From Minisyncoccota bacterium (GTDB taxonomy: Bacteria; Patescibacteriota; Minisyncoccia; Phycocordibacterales; Phycocordibacteraceae): a stretch of DNA of 64,000 bases. Within the stretch, counting starts at the first letter, position 1; every line of letters begins with the position of its first letter. The stretch covers positions 48,097-112,096 of the forward strand of contig DASWXP010000002.1 in NCBI GenBank assembly GCA_036405415.1. Direction: 5' to 3'. Positions 1 through 9,518 of this stretch are shown here, piece by piece. A program made the translations under genes and the position numbers. A model generated the notes under the pieces. That model worked only from the letters and a program-made list of their open reading frames with translations. It did not search any database and was not told the origin of the DNA.

Positions 1-50
1 TTGCTGGAATTGGCTTTGGTAGTCGTTCGCTCATGAGTGCAAGTATACCG

Positions 51-929
51 CTAATCAAAAAGCTCTCCCAAATACCCGTCTATGACCCGCTGGTCGAGCT
101 CGTAGAACGCTTTCTTGTCGTCGTGGAGCCGCTCGGCCAGGTCCTTGCCAACGAACCGCCAGTGCCAAGGCTCGTATTGGTAGTATCCGTTGTTCTTCGG
201 ATAGGAGAGTATGAACCCGTAGCGCCATGCCCGGCTCTCAAGCCATTCGAACTCTTTCGTGCGGTCGAACCCTACGAACATACCGCCGATCGCAGGCGTC
301 GTGAAATCAACCGTGGTGCCAAGCTGATGCTCTGAATATCCCTGGTCCGCTGAGAAGGCGTTCGCTCCTGAGCCGTAGCGGACCTTGTATCCGGCCTTGA
401 GCGATGCCTGCGCATCGAAAGAGCGGTATCCGGACGCTACCTTTAGCGACAAGCCTTCTTCCTTCGCGTCCTTGAGCAGGTCCTCGAGGAAGGGAAGCAT
501 GCCCTCGTGCACTTCGTAGGTCCTGCCGCTCTCGAACCCGAACTCTTCCGGAATCGTAGAGAGCGACGGCGGCGCATAATTCTCGTTCAGGAAATAGACC
601 TTCGAGTACTTCACAAGCAGCTCAGGGTCCATGGACACCTGCTTCGTGAGCGTCTTCACCGTGTCCTTCGCGTCATCGAGATCGTCCTTAAGAGTCCCTG
701 CTTTCTGCTGCTCGCGCTCGAGCGCTTCCTTGAGGAGCGTACCCTCCTGCACCTTCGCACGAAGCTCCTCGGAGAGCGCGGCAAGCTCGGAAGCGTGCTC
801 CTGCTGGGCAGCGGCGAACGACGCGCGGAGCGCAGAAAGCTCTCTGGACAACGAGAGCGCCCAGACCCCGAGCGATAGGGAAAGGATCCCAAGCGCTACA
901 GAGACTCCGGCGAGTACCCGGACCCGCAT
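51..929 (-). CDS. D-Ala-D-Ala carboxypeptidase (M15B/VanY family) with N-terminal TM anchor and coiled-coil stalk
   Basis: SGYRS, SEHQLG.TVD and YEPWHWR motifs; hydrophobic N-terminus followed by heptad-rich segment. Confidence 0.85.
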   Translation of the reverse strand: MRVRVLAGVSVALGILSLSLGVWALSLSRELSALRASFAAAQQEHASELAALSEELRAKVQEGTLLKEALEREQQKAGTLKDDLDDAKDTVKTLTKQVSMDPELLVKYSKVYFLNENYAPPSLSTIPEEFGFESGRTYEVHEGMLPFLEDLLKDAKEEGLSLKVASGYRSFDAQASLKAGYKVRYGSGANAFSADQGYSEHQLGTTVDFTTPAIGGMFVGFDRTKEFEWLESRAWRYGFILSYPKNNGYYQYEPWHWRFVGKDLAERLHDDKKAFYELDQRVIDGYLGELFD

Positions 930-932
930 ACG

Positions 933-1298
933 CTATGCAATCTCCGCGAGCACCGCCTCTATCTCCTTGAGGCCCGCAGGCTTCACGAGATGATGCGAGA
1001 ACCCGGCCTTCTCAGCTTTCCGGAGGTCCGATTCTTGGCCGTATCCCGTAAGCGCGATAAGCGACGCCTTCACGGACTCATCCGTCCGGATGGCGCGCGC
1101 CACGTCATAGCCTTCGATATCCGGGAGCCCGATATCGAGGATGATGGCTTTCGGCTGGAACAAGGGAGCTTCGCGGATAGCGGATTCTCCCGAATACGCC
1201 GTCTTCACGGTGTGGCCGCGCAGCGTAAGGAGCTTTGCGAGCGCGTCCGCTGCCGCGCGGTTGTCGTCAACGATGAGGATCCGCATGCCGCTTTCCAT
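933..1298 (-). CDS. Single-domain response regulator (receiver)
   Basis: ILIVDDN, LDIGLPD, IALTGY, LVKP receiver motifs. Confidence 0.9.
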   Translation of the reverse strand: MESGMRILIVDDNRAAADALAKLLTLRGHTVKTAYSGESAIREAPLFQPKAIILDIGLPDIEGYDVARAIRTDESVKASLIALTGYGQESDLRKAEKAGFSHHLVKPAGLKEIEAVLAEIA

Positions 1299-1377
1299 GC
1301 CTCTATCATGCGCGCTTTAGGTTGAACGCGCAAACCGCTTGCGCGGGTGCCCGCTGGGGCCGTAGTATGGGGAAACT

Positions 1378-1788
1378 ATGCCTTCTTCCAAATTCACCCC
1401 GATTGCCGTGCCGCTTCACGTGAAGCGATCGAGCGCGGGACTCGGGCTCTTCGCGGGCGCGCCTATCAAGAAAGGTTCCTGCGTCATCGAGTACGTCGGC
1501 CGCGAGCTCTCCGAAGAGGAATCCACCACGAGCAAGAGCAAGTACCTTTTCGAGATATCAAAGAAGCGCACGATAGACGGGAAGCCGAAGATCAATAAGG
1601 CGGGCTACATCAACCACTCCTGCGAGCCTAACTGCGAGACGGAGATAAGCAAGGGCCGCGTGTTCGTGATGGCTATCAAGAACATCAAGGAAGGGGACGA
1701 GCTCACGTACGACTACGGCGAGGAGTACTGCCTCGAGCACTGCGTGCCGTGCCGCTGTAACGCGAAGAAGCACCTCTACAGCACGTAG
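1378..1788 (+). CDS. SET-domain protein-lysine methyltransferase with post-SET Cys cluster
   Basis: GLGLFA, YINHSCEPN, ELTYDYG, CRC motifs. Confidence 0.9.
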   Translation: MPSSKFTPIAVPLHVKRSSAGLGLFAGAPIKKGSCVIEYVGRELSEEESTTSKSKYLFEISKKRTIDGKPKINKAGYINHSCEPNCETEISKGRVFVMAIKNIKEGDELTYDYGEEYCLEHCVPCRCNAKKHLYST

Positions 1789-1789
1789 C

Positions 1790-2332
1790 ATGACGACGCT
1801 CGACGCTCCTTCTAAGGTCTATATCGCTGATTCTTCGATCGCGGGAGCCGGGCGCGGGGTATTCGCAAAGGAGACCATCACGGAAGGCGAGCTCATTGAG
1901 GCGTGCCCGGTCGTGGCGCTCGAAGACCGGAAGGACCGCGATCGCCTCAGGAAGACGGGCCTCGTGAACTACTACTTCCTCTGGGGAGAGAAGCGGGATC
2001 ATGCGGCCGTATGCCTCGGGTGGGGCGCGGTATACAACCATTCCTTCTCGCCAAACGCGCGCTTCGAGAAGCACTTGGAGGACAATCGGATGGATTTCCA
2101 TGCGATCCGCGATATCGCTCCCGGAGAGGAGATCGTCGTGAACTACAACGGAGACCCGCGCAACACGAGCCCGCTCCTCATCCCAGGCATCCCAGCCGAA
2201 GCCGGCGGAATGCCCGAGTATAAGACCCCGCGCATTATCCGCGGCATCGTTCGCCGTGCACGCCTCGCGCTCTCATGGTTCGCGAAGCGTCCGGTCGGCT
2301 CGTTCGCGCTCGCGCTCGCGGCCGCCGCTTAG
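1790..2332 (+). CDS. SET-domain protein (second, no post-SET)
   Basis: GRGVFA, YNHSFSPN, GEEIVVNY motifs. Confidence 0.85.
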   Translation: MTTLDAPSKVYIADSSIAGAGRGVFAKETITEGELIEACPVVALEDRKDRDRLRKTGLVNYYFLWGEKRDHAAVCLGWGAVYNHSFSPNARFEKHLEDNRMDFHAIRDIAPGEEIVVNYNGDPRNTSPLLIPGIPAEAGGMPEYKTPRIIRGIVRRARLALSWFAKRPVGSFALALAAAA

Positions 2333-2778
2333 GTGTAGCGCCCGTTCCAGTACGGATCCGGATCGAACGTATTGTCCGCGTCGTTGCGATCGAGGTCCCG
2401 GAACCCGAAGAGTCCCTTGCGGACGCGCTTAGGCGCGAGGTGCACGTGGCCGCTCTCGCTGCGCGCGATCGGCGTGCCAACCGATACGCGCGCGCCGTCT
2501 TCGACGAGGGTCGCGGAGAGGTGCAGGAACGTGAGTTCTGCGTAGGCGCGCTTCCCGTCCGGGAAATCCGAGGGGGTAGCGGACACGATCGAGAGGAATA
2601 CGCCGGCGCTGCCTTTGTGATGTCCTGAGAACGTCACGATCCCCTCGATAGGGGAGCGTATCTCATGGTTCTCCGTGATCTCTATATCGATCCCGTTGTG
2701 CTTCTTGGAGCCGATCGCGCCCCATGCGCGCGATACGGCATGCGGACGGATCGGATAGTACAAGGATAGCTGCGCCAT
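2329..2778 (-). CDS. M23 family metallopeptidase
   Basis: HNGIDI (HxxxD), FLHLS and HVHL (HxH) motifs. Confidence 0.8.
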   Translation of the reverse strand: MAQLSLYYPIRPHAVSRAWGAIGSKKHNGIDIEITENHEIRSPIEGIVTFSGHHKGSAGVFLSIVSATPSDFPDGKRAYAELTFLHLSATLVEDGARVSVGTPIARSESGHVHLAPKRVRKGLFGFRDLDRNDADNTFDPDPYWNGRYT

Positions 2779-2855
2779 TGCCCCTATCGTACCGCATTCA
2801 TGATGTCTTCAGTAGCGAAGTGTCACGCTGTAGCAGTATTCAATAACCCGCACCT

Positions 2856-3209
2856 ATGCATCCGTACGTCGCTCCATCCACTAAGCCCCTCTATCGCGGC
2901 ACCCAGATCGTCTGGTACGTGCTCGGCGTGATCGAGGCGCTGCTCGCGTTCCGCTTCGTGCTCCGTCTTCTCGGCGCGAACCCGGACGCAGGATTCTCAT
3001 CCTTCATCTACGGGCTTTCGTTCCCGTTCACCTATCCGTTCTCCGCGGTATTCGGCTCCACCGTAGTATCTGGCAGCGTCTTCGAATGGACCACGCTGCT
3101 CGCTATGGCGGTGTACTGGCTCGTCGCCTTCGGCATCGTGAAGCTCCTCTCGATGAGCCGGGCCGTAACTACGCCCGAAGCGGCGCAGAAGCTCGAGTCG
3201 CAGGTATAG
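2856..3209 (+). CDS. YggT-family membrane protein
   Basis: LAFRFVLRLLGANP..GF..FIY..S.P pattern with two TM segments. Confidence 0.75.
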   Translation: MHPYVAPSTKPLYRGTQIVWYVLGVIEALLAFRFVLRLLGANPDAGFSSFIYGLSFPFTYPFSAVFGSTVVSGSVFEWTTLLAMAVYWLVAFGIVKLLSMSRAVTTPEAAQKLESQV

Positions 3210-3241
3210 AAAAACGCCCCGGAGCTGTCCGGGGCGTTTTT
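3210..3241. terminator. Bidirectional intrinsic terminator
   Basis: AAAAACGCCCCGGA-GCTG-TCCGGGGCGTTTTT between convergent genes. Confidence 0.85.
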
Positions 3242-3243
3242 CG

Positions 3244-3507
3244 TTAGCGGCTGCGCCAGGCGTCCTCGAAGGCTTTCTGCGCGTCCGCATCAGTCGCTCC
3301 CGGGTGCTGCTGCTTGTATTCCTCGAGCCAGCGCGCCATGGCGTCAAAGTTCCTATCGAACGCTTCCTTGTCAGGAGCCGCTTCGCGCGCCTCGATGTAG
3401 CGCTCGAAGTCCTCGTGGCGCTGGTTCATATGCGCGATGGCTAGGCCGGCGAAAAGGCCGATGATAGCGCCAAGGCCGATAAGGAGATAGGTGGTCTGCT
3501 TGTTCAT
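3244..3507 (-). CDS. Hypothetical single-TM protein
   Basis: N-terminal TM; start set at MNKQ, 7 nt after a CATGAT -10-like box. Confidence 0.65.
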   Translation of the reverse strand: MNKQTTYLLIGLGAIIGLFAGLAIAHMNQRHEDFERYIEAREAAPDKEAFDRNFDAMARWLEEYKQQHPGATDADAQKAFEDAWRSR

Positions 3508-3554
3508 GGGATGCATCATGCCCTAGCATTCATGAAGCGTGGCTGAAGCCTTCA

Positions 3555-4166
3555 TTATCGAGAAACCGTCTTTGCGATTGCGCGAATAGCATCCGCATCA
3601 GATTCCTCTACGCTCTTGTTGAGCGGCGCGTGTACGATGAGGACCTTGGTTGCGGTCGCGCCGGTCTCGAGCACGAACGCGTAGAACGGTCCGCGATCGA
3701 CTTCGGTAACGGTTCCGGAAGGGAGTTCTGTGAGCGCACCGGTGAGGTAGATCTCGAACCCTGGCATGCCAGAATTCGTCACGAACGGCACGGCGCTCTT
3801 CACGCCGGTGCAGGAGAACGAGCCGGTCGGGCCGTCCGCGGCGCAGAGGTTCGCGAGCTCTCTGGCTGCGGTGTCTTGAAGTGACTCACCAGGCTCCCCA
3901 ACGAGCACCATCGCGCGCACGTCAGCGACGCTGTCGATGCCGCCTTCGATAGGGGTACCTATGGACGCCATGTCATCCGTGTATTCGAGGATGGAAAGGT
4001 TCTCCGGATAGGAGAGGGAGAACCCGTGCGCGTCGCTAGTGTATGCGCTAGCTTCGGTCTGAGCCTCTGGGGCCGGAGTCGGCTGGTTCGGGGTTAGGAA
4101 ATAGAGGAAGCCCAGCACGCCTATAAGAAAGACGATGCCGATGAGGATGGTGAAGGTGCGGTTCAT
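3555..4166 (-). CDS. Hypothetical membrane-anchored extracytoplasmic protein (PsbP-like start YTSDAHGFSLSYP)
   Basis: N-terminal TM; start MNRTF 7 nt after TATACT. Confidence 0.7.
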   Translation of the reverse strand: MNRTFTILIGIVFLIGVLGFLYFLTPNQPTPAPEAQTEASAYTSDAHGFSLSYPENLSILEYTDDMASIGTPIEGGIDSVADVRAMVLVGEPGESLQDTAARELANLCAADGPTGSFSCTGVKSAVPFVTNSGMPGFEIYLTGALTELPSGTVTEVDRGPFYAFVLETGATATKVLIVHAPLNKSVEESDADAIRAIAKTVSR

Positions 4167-4215
4167 ATGGGCCAGTATACCTAAGGGAATAGCGGCCGCC
4201 CAAGAAAGGCGGCCG

Positions 4216-4833
4216 CTATGTGTGATCGATCGCGACGATGTGGATCTCGACCCACGCGTTAGGGTCGCCATCGCTGTCCTCGTCATCTTTCCGAACCCGG
4301 TACATATCCTCAGCCATGAACTCTGTAATGGTCAGCTCGTACCAGTGTGACGTCGCCGAAGTGATGATTCCAGGATAGACGGACGAAGGGTAGTCCGGGT
4401 TCTTTCTCCCGATGGGGAGCGGCACCAGGACTGCTGAAGGCTCAGAGACACCGAAGTGATATCCGAGTTCTTTCGCGAGGCCGCGAACCGCGGCGTTGAA
4501 AGGTTCCTCCTGATACTTGCACGTCTCGCGGATGGCGTATTCCTGCTCCTTCGTGACGATGGTTCCGTTCGGATAACTGCGCGCGACCTCGACCCAGCTC
4601 CGGCCCCGTGCAGGGTCGACAATCACGATCTTCACGTTCGTGACGATCCGCTTGATGAATCCGTCCGTGTCGCGGACGAGCACTATCTCGCGTCGCGTCA
4701 CTTCCTTGTAGAGATCACGCAAGCCTTTCGGGCTCGTGTTGAATGCAGCAAGGTCGATTCCTCTCCCGTGCGCTATGAATGCGACCATCTCCTCAAACGA
4801 CGAGGAGGGGTCGAAGGTGAGCTTCTCGCCCAT
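4216..4833 (-). CDS. Hypothetical protein, degenerate Nudix-like
   Basis: EEPFNAAVRGLAKELG resembles a Nudix box; own promoter and GAGGAGG SD. Confidence 0.55.
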   Translation of the reverse strand: MGEKLTFDPSSSFEEMVAFIAHGRGIDLAAFNTSPKGLRDLYKEVTRREIVLVRDTDGFIKRIVTNVKIVIVDPARGRSWVEVARSYPNGTIVTKEQEYAIRETCKYQEEPFNAAVRGLAKELGYHFGVSEPSAVLVPLPIGRKNPDYPSSVYPGIITSATSHWYELTITEFMAEDMYRVRKDDEDSDGDPNAWVEIHIVAIDHT

Positions 4834-4863
4834 GGACGCCTCCTCTTGCTAAGGTCCGGGTTG

Positions 4864-4892
4864 ACTATACCTCAAAAAATAAGGGAAATCAA
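4864..4892 (-). promoter_or_regulatory. sigma70-type promoter TTGATT-N17-TATAGT
   Basis: Near-consensus hexamers with 17 nt spacer upstream of the SD-led orphan gene. Confidence 0.7.
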
Positions 4893-4895
4893 GCT

Positions 4896-6947
4896 CTACG
4901 CGATCTCAGGGATCGCTTCCATAAGCTCGGCGAGCCCAGCAGGCTTCACGAGGAACCCGTCGAATCCGGCCGCTTTTCCGCGGGCCTTCACGTCGTCCGT
5001 GCTGAATCCCGTGAGGGCGATGAGGCGGCCTGTGTAGCCTTGCGCGCGCAGGGTCTCAGCTACCGAATAGCCGTCGCGGTCCGGAAGCCCGAGATCAAGC
5101 AGCGCTATGTCAGGACGCTCGTTGAGCGCCTGTTCGATGGCCTGTCCCGCGTCATACGCGTAGGCGACGCGCGCGCCGCGCAGCGACAGAAGCTTCCCGA
5201 TGCCCCAGGCTGCCGCGTCATTATCATCGACGACGAGCACCGAAGGCCCGGAGTCTCGCGCCGCAGCCTTGATGCTGGTCTCGGTTCGGTCGGCCGTACC
5301 CGCCGCATGCTCGGTAAGCGGAAGGCGCACCACGAACCGGCTGCCGAGCCCTGCGCCGTCGCTCAGGACGCTGATGGAACCTTCGTGCGCGGTGACGAAG
5401 TTATGCACGAGCGCGAGCCCGATACCGAGCCCCTTGCGGGTGCGCGAGCCCTGCTCGATCTGCTGGAAGGGGAGGAATATCGTATCGAGCATCTCCGGAG
5501 GGATGCCGATCCCCGTATCCTTCACCGTTATCTCGGCAGAGTCGCCGTCCTTGCGCAGCGTAATATCGATCGGGTCCCCGGGGTCTGAATACTTCGAGGC
5601 GTTCGTTATGAGGTTCGTGAACACCTGCTCGAGGCGCACCGGATCTCCCATCACGTAGAGCGCTTCTTTGGGGGCTCGGATCGAGACGGTCTGGTGCCGG
5701 TCCTCGATGTAGGTCTCGGTTGAGACAATCGCCCTGCGCAGAATCGCGTTCAGTTCCGTAGGCTCCTTCTTGAGAGAGAGCTTGCCCTCGGAGATGCGGG
5801 AGATATCGAGGAGGTCATCGAGCAGATGGCGCACGGTCTGCATGCGCTCCTCCATCATGATGAGCGTCTCCTGGTCCTCGTGATCCTTGGCGCGCGTCTC
5901 CTTCATGAGCTCGATCGCGCTTACGACAGGCGCAAGCGGATTCCGGAGCTCGTGCGCGAGGATGGCGATGAAGTCGTTCTTCGCGCGGGACTCGGACGAG
6001 ATGCGCGAGACCGCGTTCTCCAAGGTCGCCATCTGCGAGCGGATGAGCCGTGTGGCGATGCGGCGGTCTTCCTGGAGCGAAGAGATGATGAGGAAGATGC
6101 CTGAGAGCACGATCATGAACGTTTCCACCTGGAAGATGCGATCGTTAAGTGGCTGCGGATCCGGCGTTATATAGAGGCTTGAAAGCGCCGCGAGCGCGAC
6201 CAGGATGAGCGCGAGCGTGGTGAAGCGCGGACGAAGACGGAGCGCTATCCAGAAGAGCGGGATGAAAAGGGTGTAGACGAGCGGGAACGGACCGATGGCG
6301 GTGATATCCGCGATGAATATCGCGTAGCATACGCTAAGAAGCCCGCCGAAAACGATGAGCGTCTCGAGCGTCTCAGGGAGGGATCGCGCGAACCGCGGCT
6401 TCGCGAACCAGCGCAAGATGAACGGGACGATAACCACGAAGCAGAACACCGTGCCCGTATACCAGTAGAGCCAGGACAGGCTCCCGAACGGCTCGCCCGT
6501 AACGAAAGTATTGAGCCAGCGCGTAAAGACGCCGAAAGTCGGCACTACCACCGACGAGATCATGGCTGCGGCGAGCGTGATCAAGATGTCGCGCGTGCGC
6601 CTGAATAAGGGGTCGACGCCGGCACGCCTGAGGATGGTCGCGCCGAACCCGGCCTGAAGCGCCTGGGCGAATGGCATGATAAGGAGGTACACGAGCGGAG
6701 ACCCGAGCACGAAGTTGCTGATCAGTGATGCGATGTACACCACGGGCCAGATGCGCGCGCCCGCGAAGAAGAGTACTGATACGGCGATCGCGGATGCAGG
6801 GAAGAGGATGGCTATGTTCGGCAGGAACATCGATGAAACCCAGAGCGCGCCGAGGTATAGGAAAAAGAGGAGGAGACCGATCTTCCAATGGCGACGTACC
6901 GCGCGAAGGAGGAAGGAAATCATCGAAGTCTTGGTCATGGCGGGCAC
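4896..6947 (-). CDS. Hybrid sensor histidine kinase/response regulator with MASE1-like multi-TM input
   Basis: LAHELRNPL H-box, NLITNASKY N-box, DTGIG and GLGIGL G-boxes, C-terminal receiver; many TMs. Confidence 0.9.
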   Translation of the reverse strand: MPAMTKTSMISFLLRAVRRHWKIGLLLFFLYLGALWVSSMFLPNIAILFPASAIAVSVLFFAGARIWPVVYIASLISNFVLGSPLVYLLIMPFAQALQAGFGATILRRAGVDPLFRRTRDILITLAAAMISSVVVPTFGVFTRWLNTFVTGEPFGSLSWLYWYTGTVFCFVVIVPFILRWFAKPRFARSLPETLETLIVFGGLLSVCYAIFIADITAIGPFPLVYTLFIPLFWIALRLRPRFTTLALILVALAALSSLYITPDPQPLNDRIFQVETFMIVLSGIFLIISSLQEDRRIATRLIRSQMATLENAVSRISSESRAKNDFIAILAHELRNPLAPVVSAIELMKETRAKDHEDQETLIMMEERMQTVRHLLDDLLDISRISEGKLSLKKEPTELNAILRRAIVSTETYIEDRHQTVSIRAPKEALYVMGDPVRLEQVFTNLITNASKYSDPGDPIDITLRKDGDSAEITVKDTGIGIPPEMLDTIFLPFQQIEQGSRTRKGLGIGLALVHNFVTAHEGSISVLSDGAGLGSRFVVRLPLTEHAAGTADRTETSIKAAARDSGPSVLVVDDNDAAAWGIGKLLSLRGARVAYAYDAGQAIEQALNERPDIALLDLGLPDRDGYSVAETLRAQGYTGRLIALTGFSTDDVKARGKAAGFDGFLVKPAGLAELMEAIPEIA

Positions 6948-7000
6948 TATCCGCTTTTATTCATGAAGTCTACATGAATAGGCTCTGATAGAGTACCTCC

Positions 7001-7642
7001 ATGCATCCCGAACTGCTGCTCGTAGACAAGCCTAAAGGCATCACCTCCTTCGGCGTAATCGCGCGCCTACGGAAAGCGCTCAATACGCGCAAGATGGGGC
7101 ATGCGGGCACGCTTGATCCGCTCGCGTCCGGTCTCATGCTCGTGGGCGTCGAGAAGGGAACCAAGAAGCTTGCGGAACTCATCAAGCTCCCGAAGACGTA
7201 TGAGGCAGAGATCGTGCTCGGAGAAAGGAGGAGCACGGGAGACATGGAAGGAACGATCCTGGAAGAATCGGTAGCAAGAAACATCTCTGAAGACCTGGTG
7301 CGAAAGGCGCTCTCAGACATGGAAGGCATCATCGAGCTCCCGGTGCCCGCGTTCTCTGCGCTCAAGAGAGACGGGAAGCCGCTCTATGTGCGTGCGCGCA
7401 GAGGCGAGATGGTGGAGACGCCCATTCGCGCCATGGAGGTTCGGAGCGCCGTGCTAGATCGTATCGAAACGCACGGAGACAGGACGCATGCATTTATTAC
7501 ATTCGATGTAGGAAGCGGCACGTATATCCGCTCGCTCGCAGAAGAGCTCGGGAGAAGGCTCGGGCATCCTGCGACACTCGGAAACCTGAGGCGCACGAGG
7601 ATAGGGGAATTCGATATCGAGGACGCGCAGGCATTGCCGTAG
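7001..7642 (+). CDS. truB: tRNA pseudouridine(55) synthase
   Basis: DKPKGITS, GHAGTLDPLASG, GTYIRSL motifs. Confidence 0.93.
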   Translation: MHPELLLVDKPKGITSFGVIARLRKALNTRKMGHAGTLDPLASGLMLVGVEKGTKKLAELIKLPKTYEAEIVLGERRSTGDMEGTILEESVARNISEDLVRKALSDMEGIIELPVPAFSALKRDGKPLYVRARRGEMVETPIRAMEVRSAVLDRIETHGDRTHAFITFDVGSGTYIRSLAEELGRRLGHPATLGNLRRTRIGEFDIEDAQALP

Positions 7643-7685
7643 CGTTCATGCGCGCTACAGCACCCATGCGCTTTCATGAGCGCAT

Positions 7686-7832
7686 ATGAACAACGCACAA
7701 GGATACCCGCGGACCGGAACGCAGCTGCGAGAAGAAGCGAAGCGCAAGGAATCAGGGAAGGCAGGGCGCGTCGCACAGAAGGGCGGAGCGCCTACCTCGA
7801 ACAAGGCGAGAGGAGGGAAAGGCGCTCGCTAA
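7686..7832 (+). CDS. Small basic Gly/Lys-rich protein (48 aa, not in ORF track)
   Basis: MNNAQGYPRTGTQLREEAKRKESGKAGRVAQKGGAPTSNKARGGKGAR*, stop directly before a terminator. Confidence 0.5.
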   Translation: MNNAQGYPRTGTQLREEAKRKESGKAGRVAQKGGAPTSNKARGGKGAR

Positions 7833-7836
7833 AAGC

Positions 7837-7868
7837 AAAAGAGACCCTTGCAGGGTCTCTTTTATTTT
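7837..7868. terminator. Bidirectional terminator
   Basis: AAAAGAGACCCT-TGC-AGGGTCTCTTTT. Confidence 0.85.
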
Positions 7869-7869
7869 G

Positions 7870-7941
7870 CTCCGCGGGCAGGATTCGAACCTGCGACCAA
7901 TCGATTAACAGTCGACCGCTCTACCGCTGAGCTACCGCGGA
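7870..7941 (-). tRNA. tRNA-Asn(GTT), CCA not encoded
   Basis: Cloverleaf: acceptor TCCGCGG/CCGCGGA, anticodon loop CTGTTAA, T-loop TTCGAAT. Confidence 0.97.
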
Positions 7942-8027
7942 ATGGTAGCTGCCCTCCGGGGGAGGGCTAAGGCACATAGTAGCGAAAATCCCCGATTCGG
8001 CAACAGAGGGCTTGGTATACTGGAAGC

Positions 8028-8267
8028 ATGATCCTCTATGTTAAGAGCGGCTGCCCGTTTAGCGCGAAGGTCCTCATCGAAGCCTCTCTTATCGGCGTAG
8101 AGCTCGAGGAGCGGAACATCAAGGACGAAGCCTTCAAGGAAGAGCTCCTCCAGAAGGGCGGAGAGCTCCAGACGCCGTATCTCGTGGACGAGGAACGCGG
8201 CGTCGCTATGTACGAATCAGACGCCATCGTCGACTACCTTCATGCGACCTTTACTGACGGTCCGTAA
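8028..8267 (+). CDS. Monothiol glutaredoxin / GST N-terminal-like protein
   Basis: GCPFS, QTPYLVD, MYESDAIVDYL. Confidence 0.85.
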   Translation: MILYVKSGCPFSAKVLIEASLIGVELEERNIKDEAFKEELLQKGGELQTPYLVDEERGVAMYESDAIVDYLHATFTDGP

Positions 8268-8305
8268 AGTAGAGGGATACCAGGTTCTCTAACTCCGAGA
8301 TTCCT

Positions 8306-8671
8306 ATGCAGATCCACTTCAAAGGTACGAATTATGAGCTTCCTAGCCGCATAACCGCGCTCGCGCGCAGGAAGGTGGAAGCGCTGGGGAAATACCTCGG
8401 AAGGGATCGCGAATACGCGAGAGCGTACATAGACCTCGGGAAGGAGAGCGAGGCGCACCAGAACGGCAAGTTCTGGAGGACTGACATCAATCTCGATGCG
8501 GACGGAAACCGCTTTTACGCCAAAGCGGTAGAAGAGAGCATCGAGAAGGCGATCGACAAGGCCGTGGCCGAGCTCGCAAGCGAGATCAAGACCGCGCGCA
8601 AGCGCCAGCAGAGCCTCGTCAGGAAAGGCGGCGGCGTGATCAAGTCGCTTATGCGCGGCTTCCAGGGATAA
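8306..8671 (+). CDS. hpf: Ribosome hibernation factor (HPF/RaiA family)
   Basis: MQIHFKGTNYEL start and 'AIDKAV..L..EI' helix pattern. Confidence 0.8.
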   Translation: MQIHFKGTNYELPSRITALARRKVEALGKYLGRDREYARAYIDLGKESEAHQNGKFWRTDINLDADGNRFYAKAVEESIEKAIDKAVAELASEIKTARKRQQSLVRKGGGVIKSLMRGFQG

Positions 8672-9518
8672 AACCCTGCGCGAGGAGGTTCGCGTAGTCG
8701 GTCTCAGGCTTTCCTTCAGGCACCACTCGGAGCGGCACGAACGTGCCGCTTTCGAGTTTCGCTGAGCGCACCTTCACGCGCATGCGCACACCGTCCTTCT
8801 CCATGAAGAAGTACGTACCCGGAGATTCTGCATACGCGCGATACTTGCTCCAGTTCTCGGCACTGTCACCCAAAAGGGAAAGCTCTCCGGCTTCCTTCTT
8901 TATCTTCCGCGTATGCGTCGCGTGCGCATGGTGCTGAGGGACGCCCGGAAGCGCTCCTGATTCGAAGGCAGGAAGGATCTCTACGAGAAGCTCGTAACCG
9001 AGCGCGATGAGGCGGGGCCTGAGCTCGCGCGTTGTCTCCTCGGGTTGTATAGAAAGCGTCTTCGTGGCAAGCACGTCGCCCGCATCGAGCTCGTACACCA
9101 TTCTCTGGATGGAGACTCCAGTCTTAGTGTCGCCGTTCAGCAGCGCGGCCTCTACCGGCGAGGCGCCGCGATACTTCGGCAGGAGCGAGTAATGGACATT
9201 GAGGACGCCAAGCGGGAAGGAATCTATGAGCTTCTCGGGGAGTATCTTCCCGTATGCAACCACGATCGCGTACGCAGCATCGTACGCAGAAAGGGAATCG
9301 ATGAACGCGTCGTCGATGCGCTCCGGGGTAAGCACCTCGAGTCCTTGCTCAAGCGCGTACGCTTTCGTGTCGCAGGGCGTGAGCACATGGCCGCGGCCCT
9401 TGGGCGCGTCCGGACTCGTTATGACCGCTTCCGGGCGGTACCCTTTCAGAAGGAGGAACGCGAGCGTGTCGCGCGCGACGTAGGGAGTACCGAAGAAAAG
9501 GAAGGGCTTATGCGTCAT
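8649..9518 (-). CDS. fmt: Methionyl-tRNA formyltransferase
   Basis: FFGTP, VVAYGKIL, NVHYSLLPKYRGASP, LDAGD. Confidence 0.95.
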   Translation of the reverse strand: MTHKPFLFFGTPYVARDTLAFLLLKGYRPEAVITSPDAPKGRGHVLTPCDTKAYALEQGLEVLTPERIDDAFIDSLSAYDAAYAIVVAYGKILPEKLIDSFPLGVLNVHYSLLPKYRGASPVEAALLNGDTKTGVSIQRMVYELDAGDVLATKTLSIQPEETTRELRPRLIALGYELLVEILPAFESGALPGVPQHHAHATHTRKIKKEAGELSLLGDSAENWSKYRAYAESPGTYFFMEKDGVRMRVKVRSAKLESGTFVPLRVVPEGKPETDYANLLAQGFIPGSRA

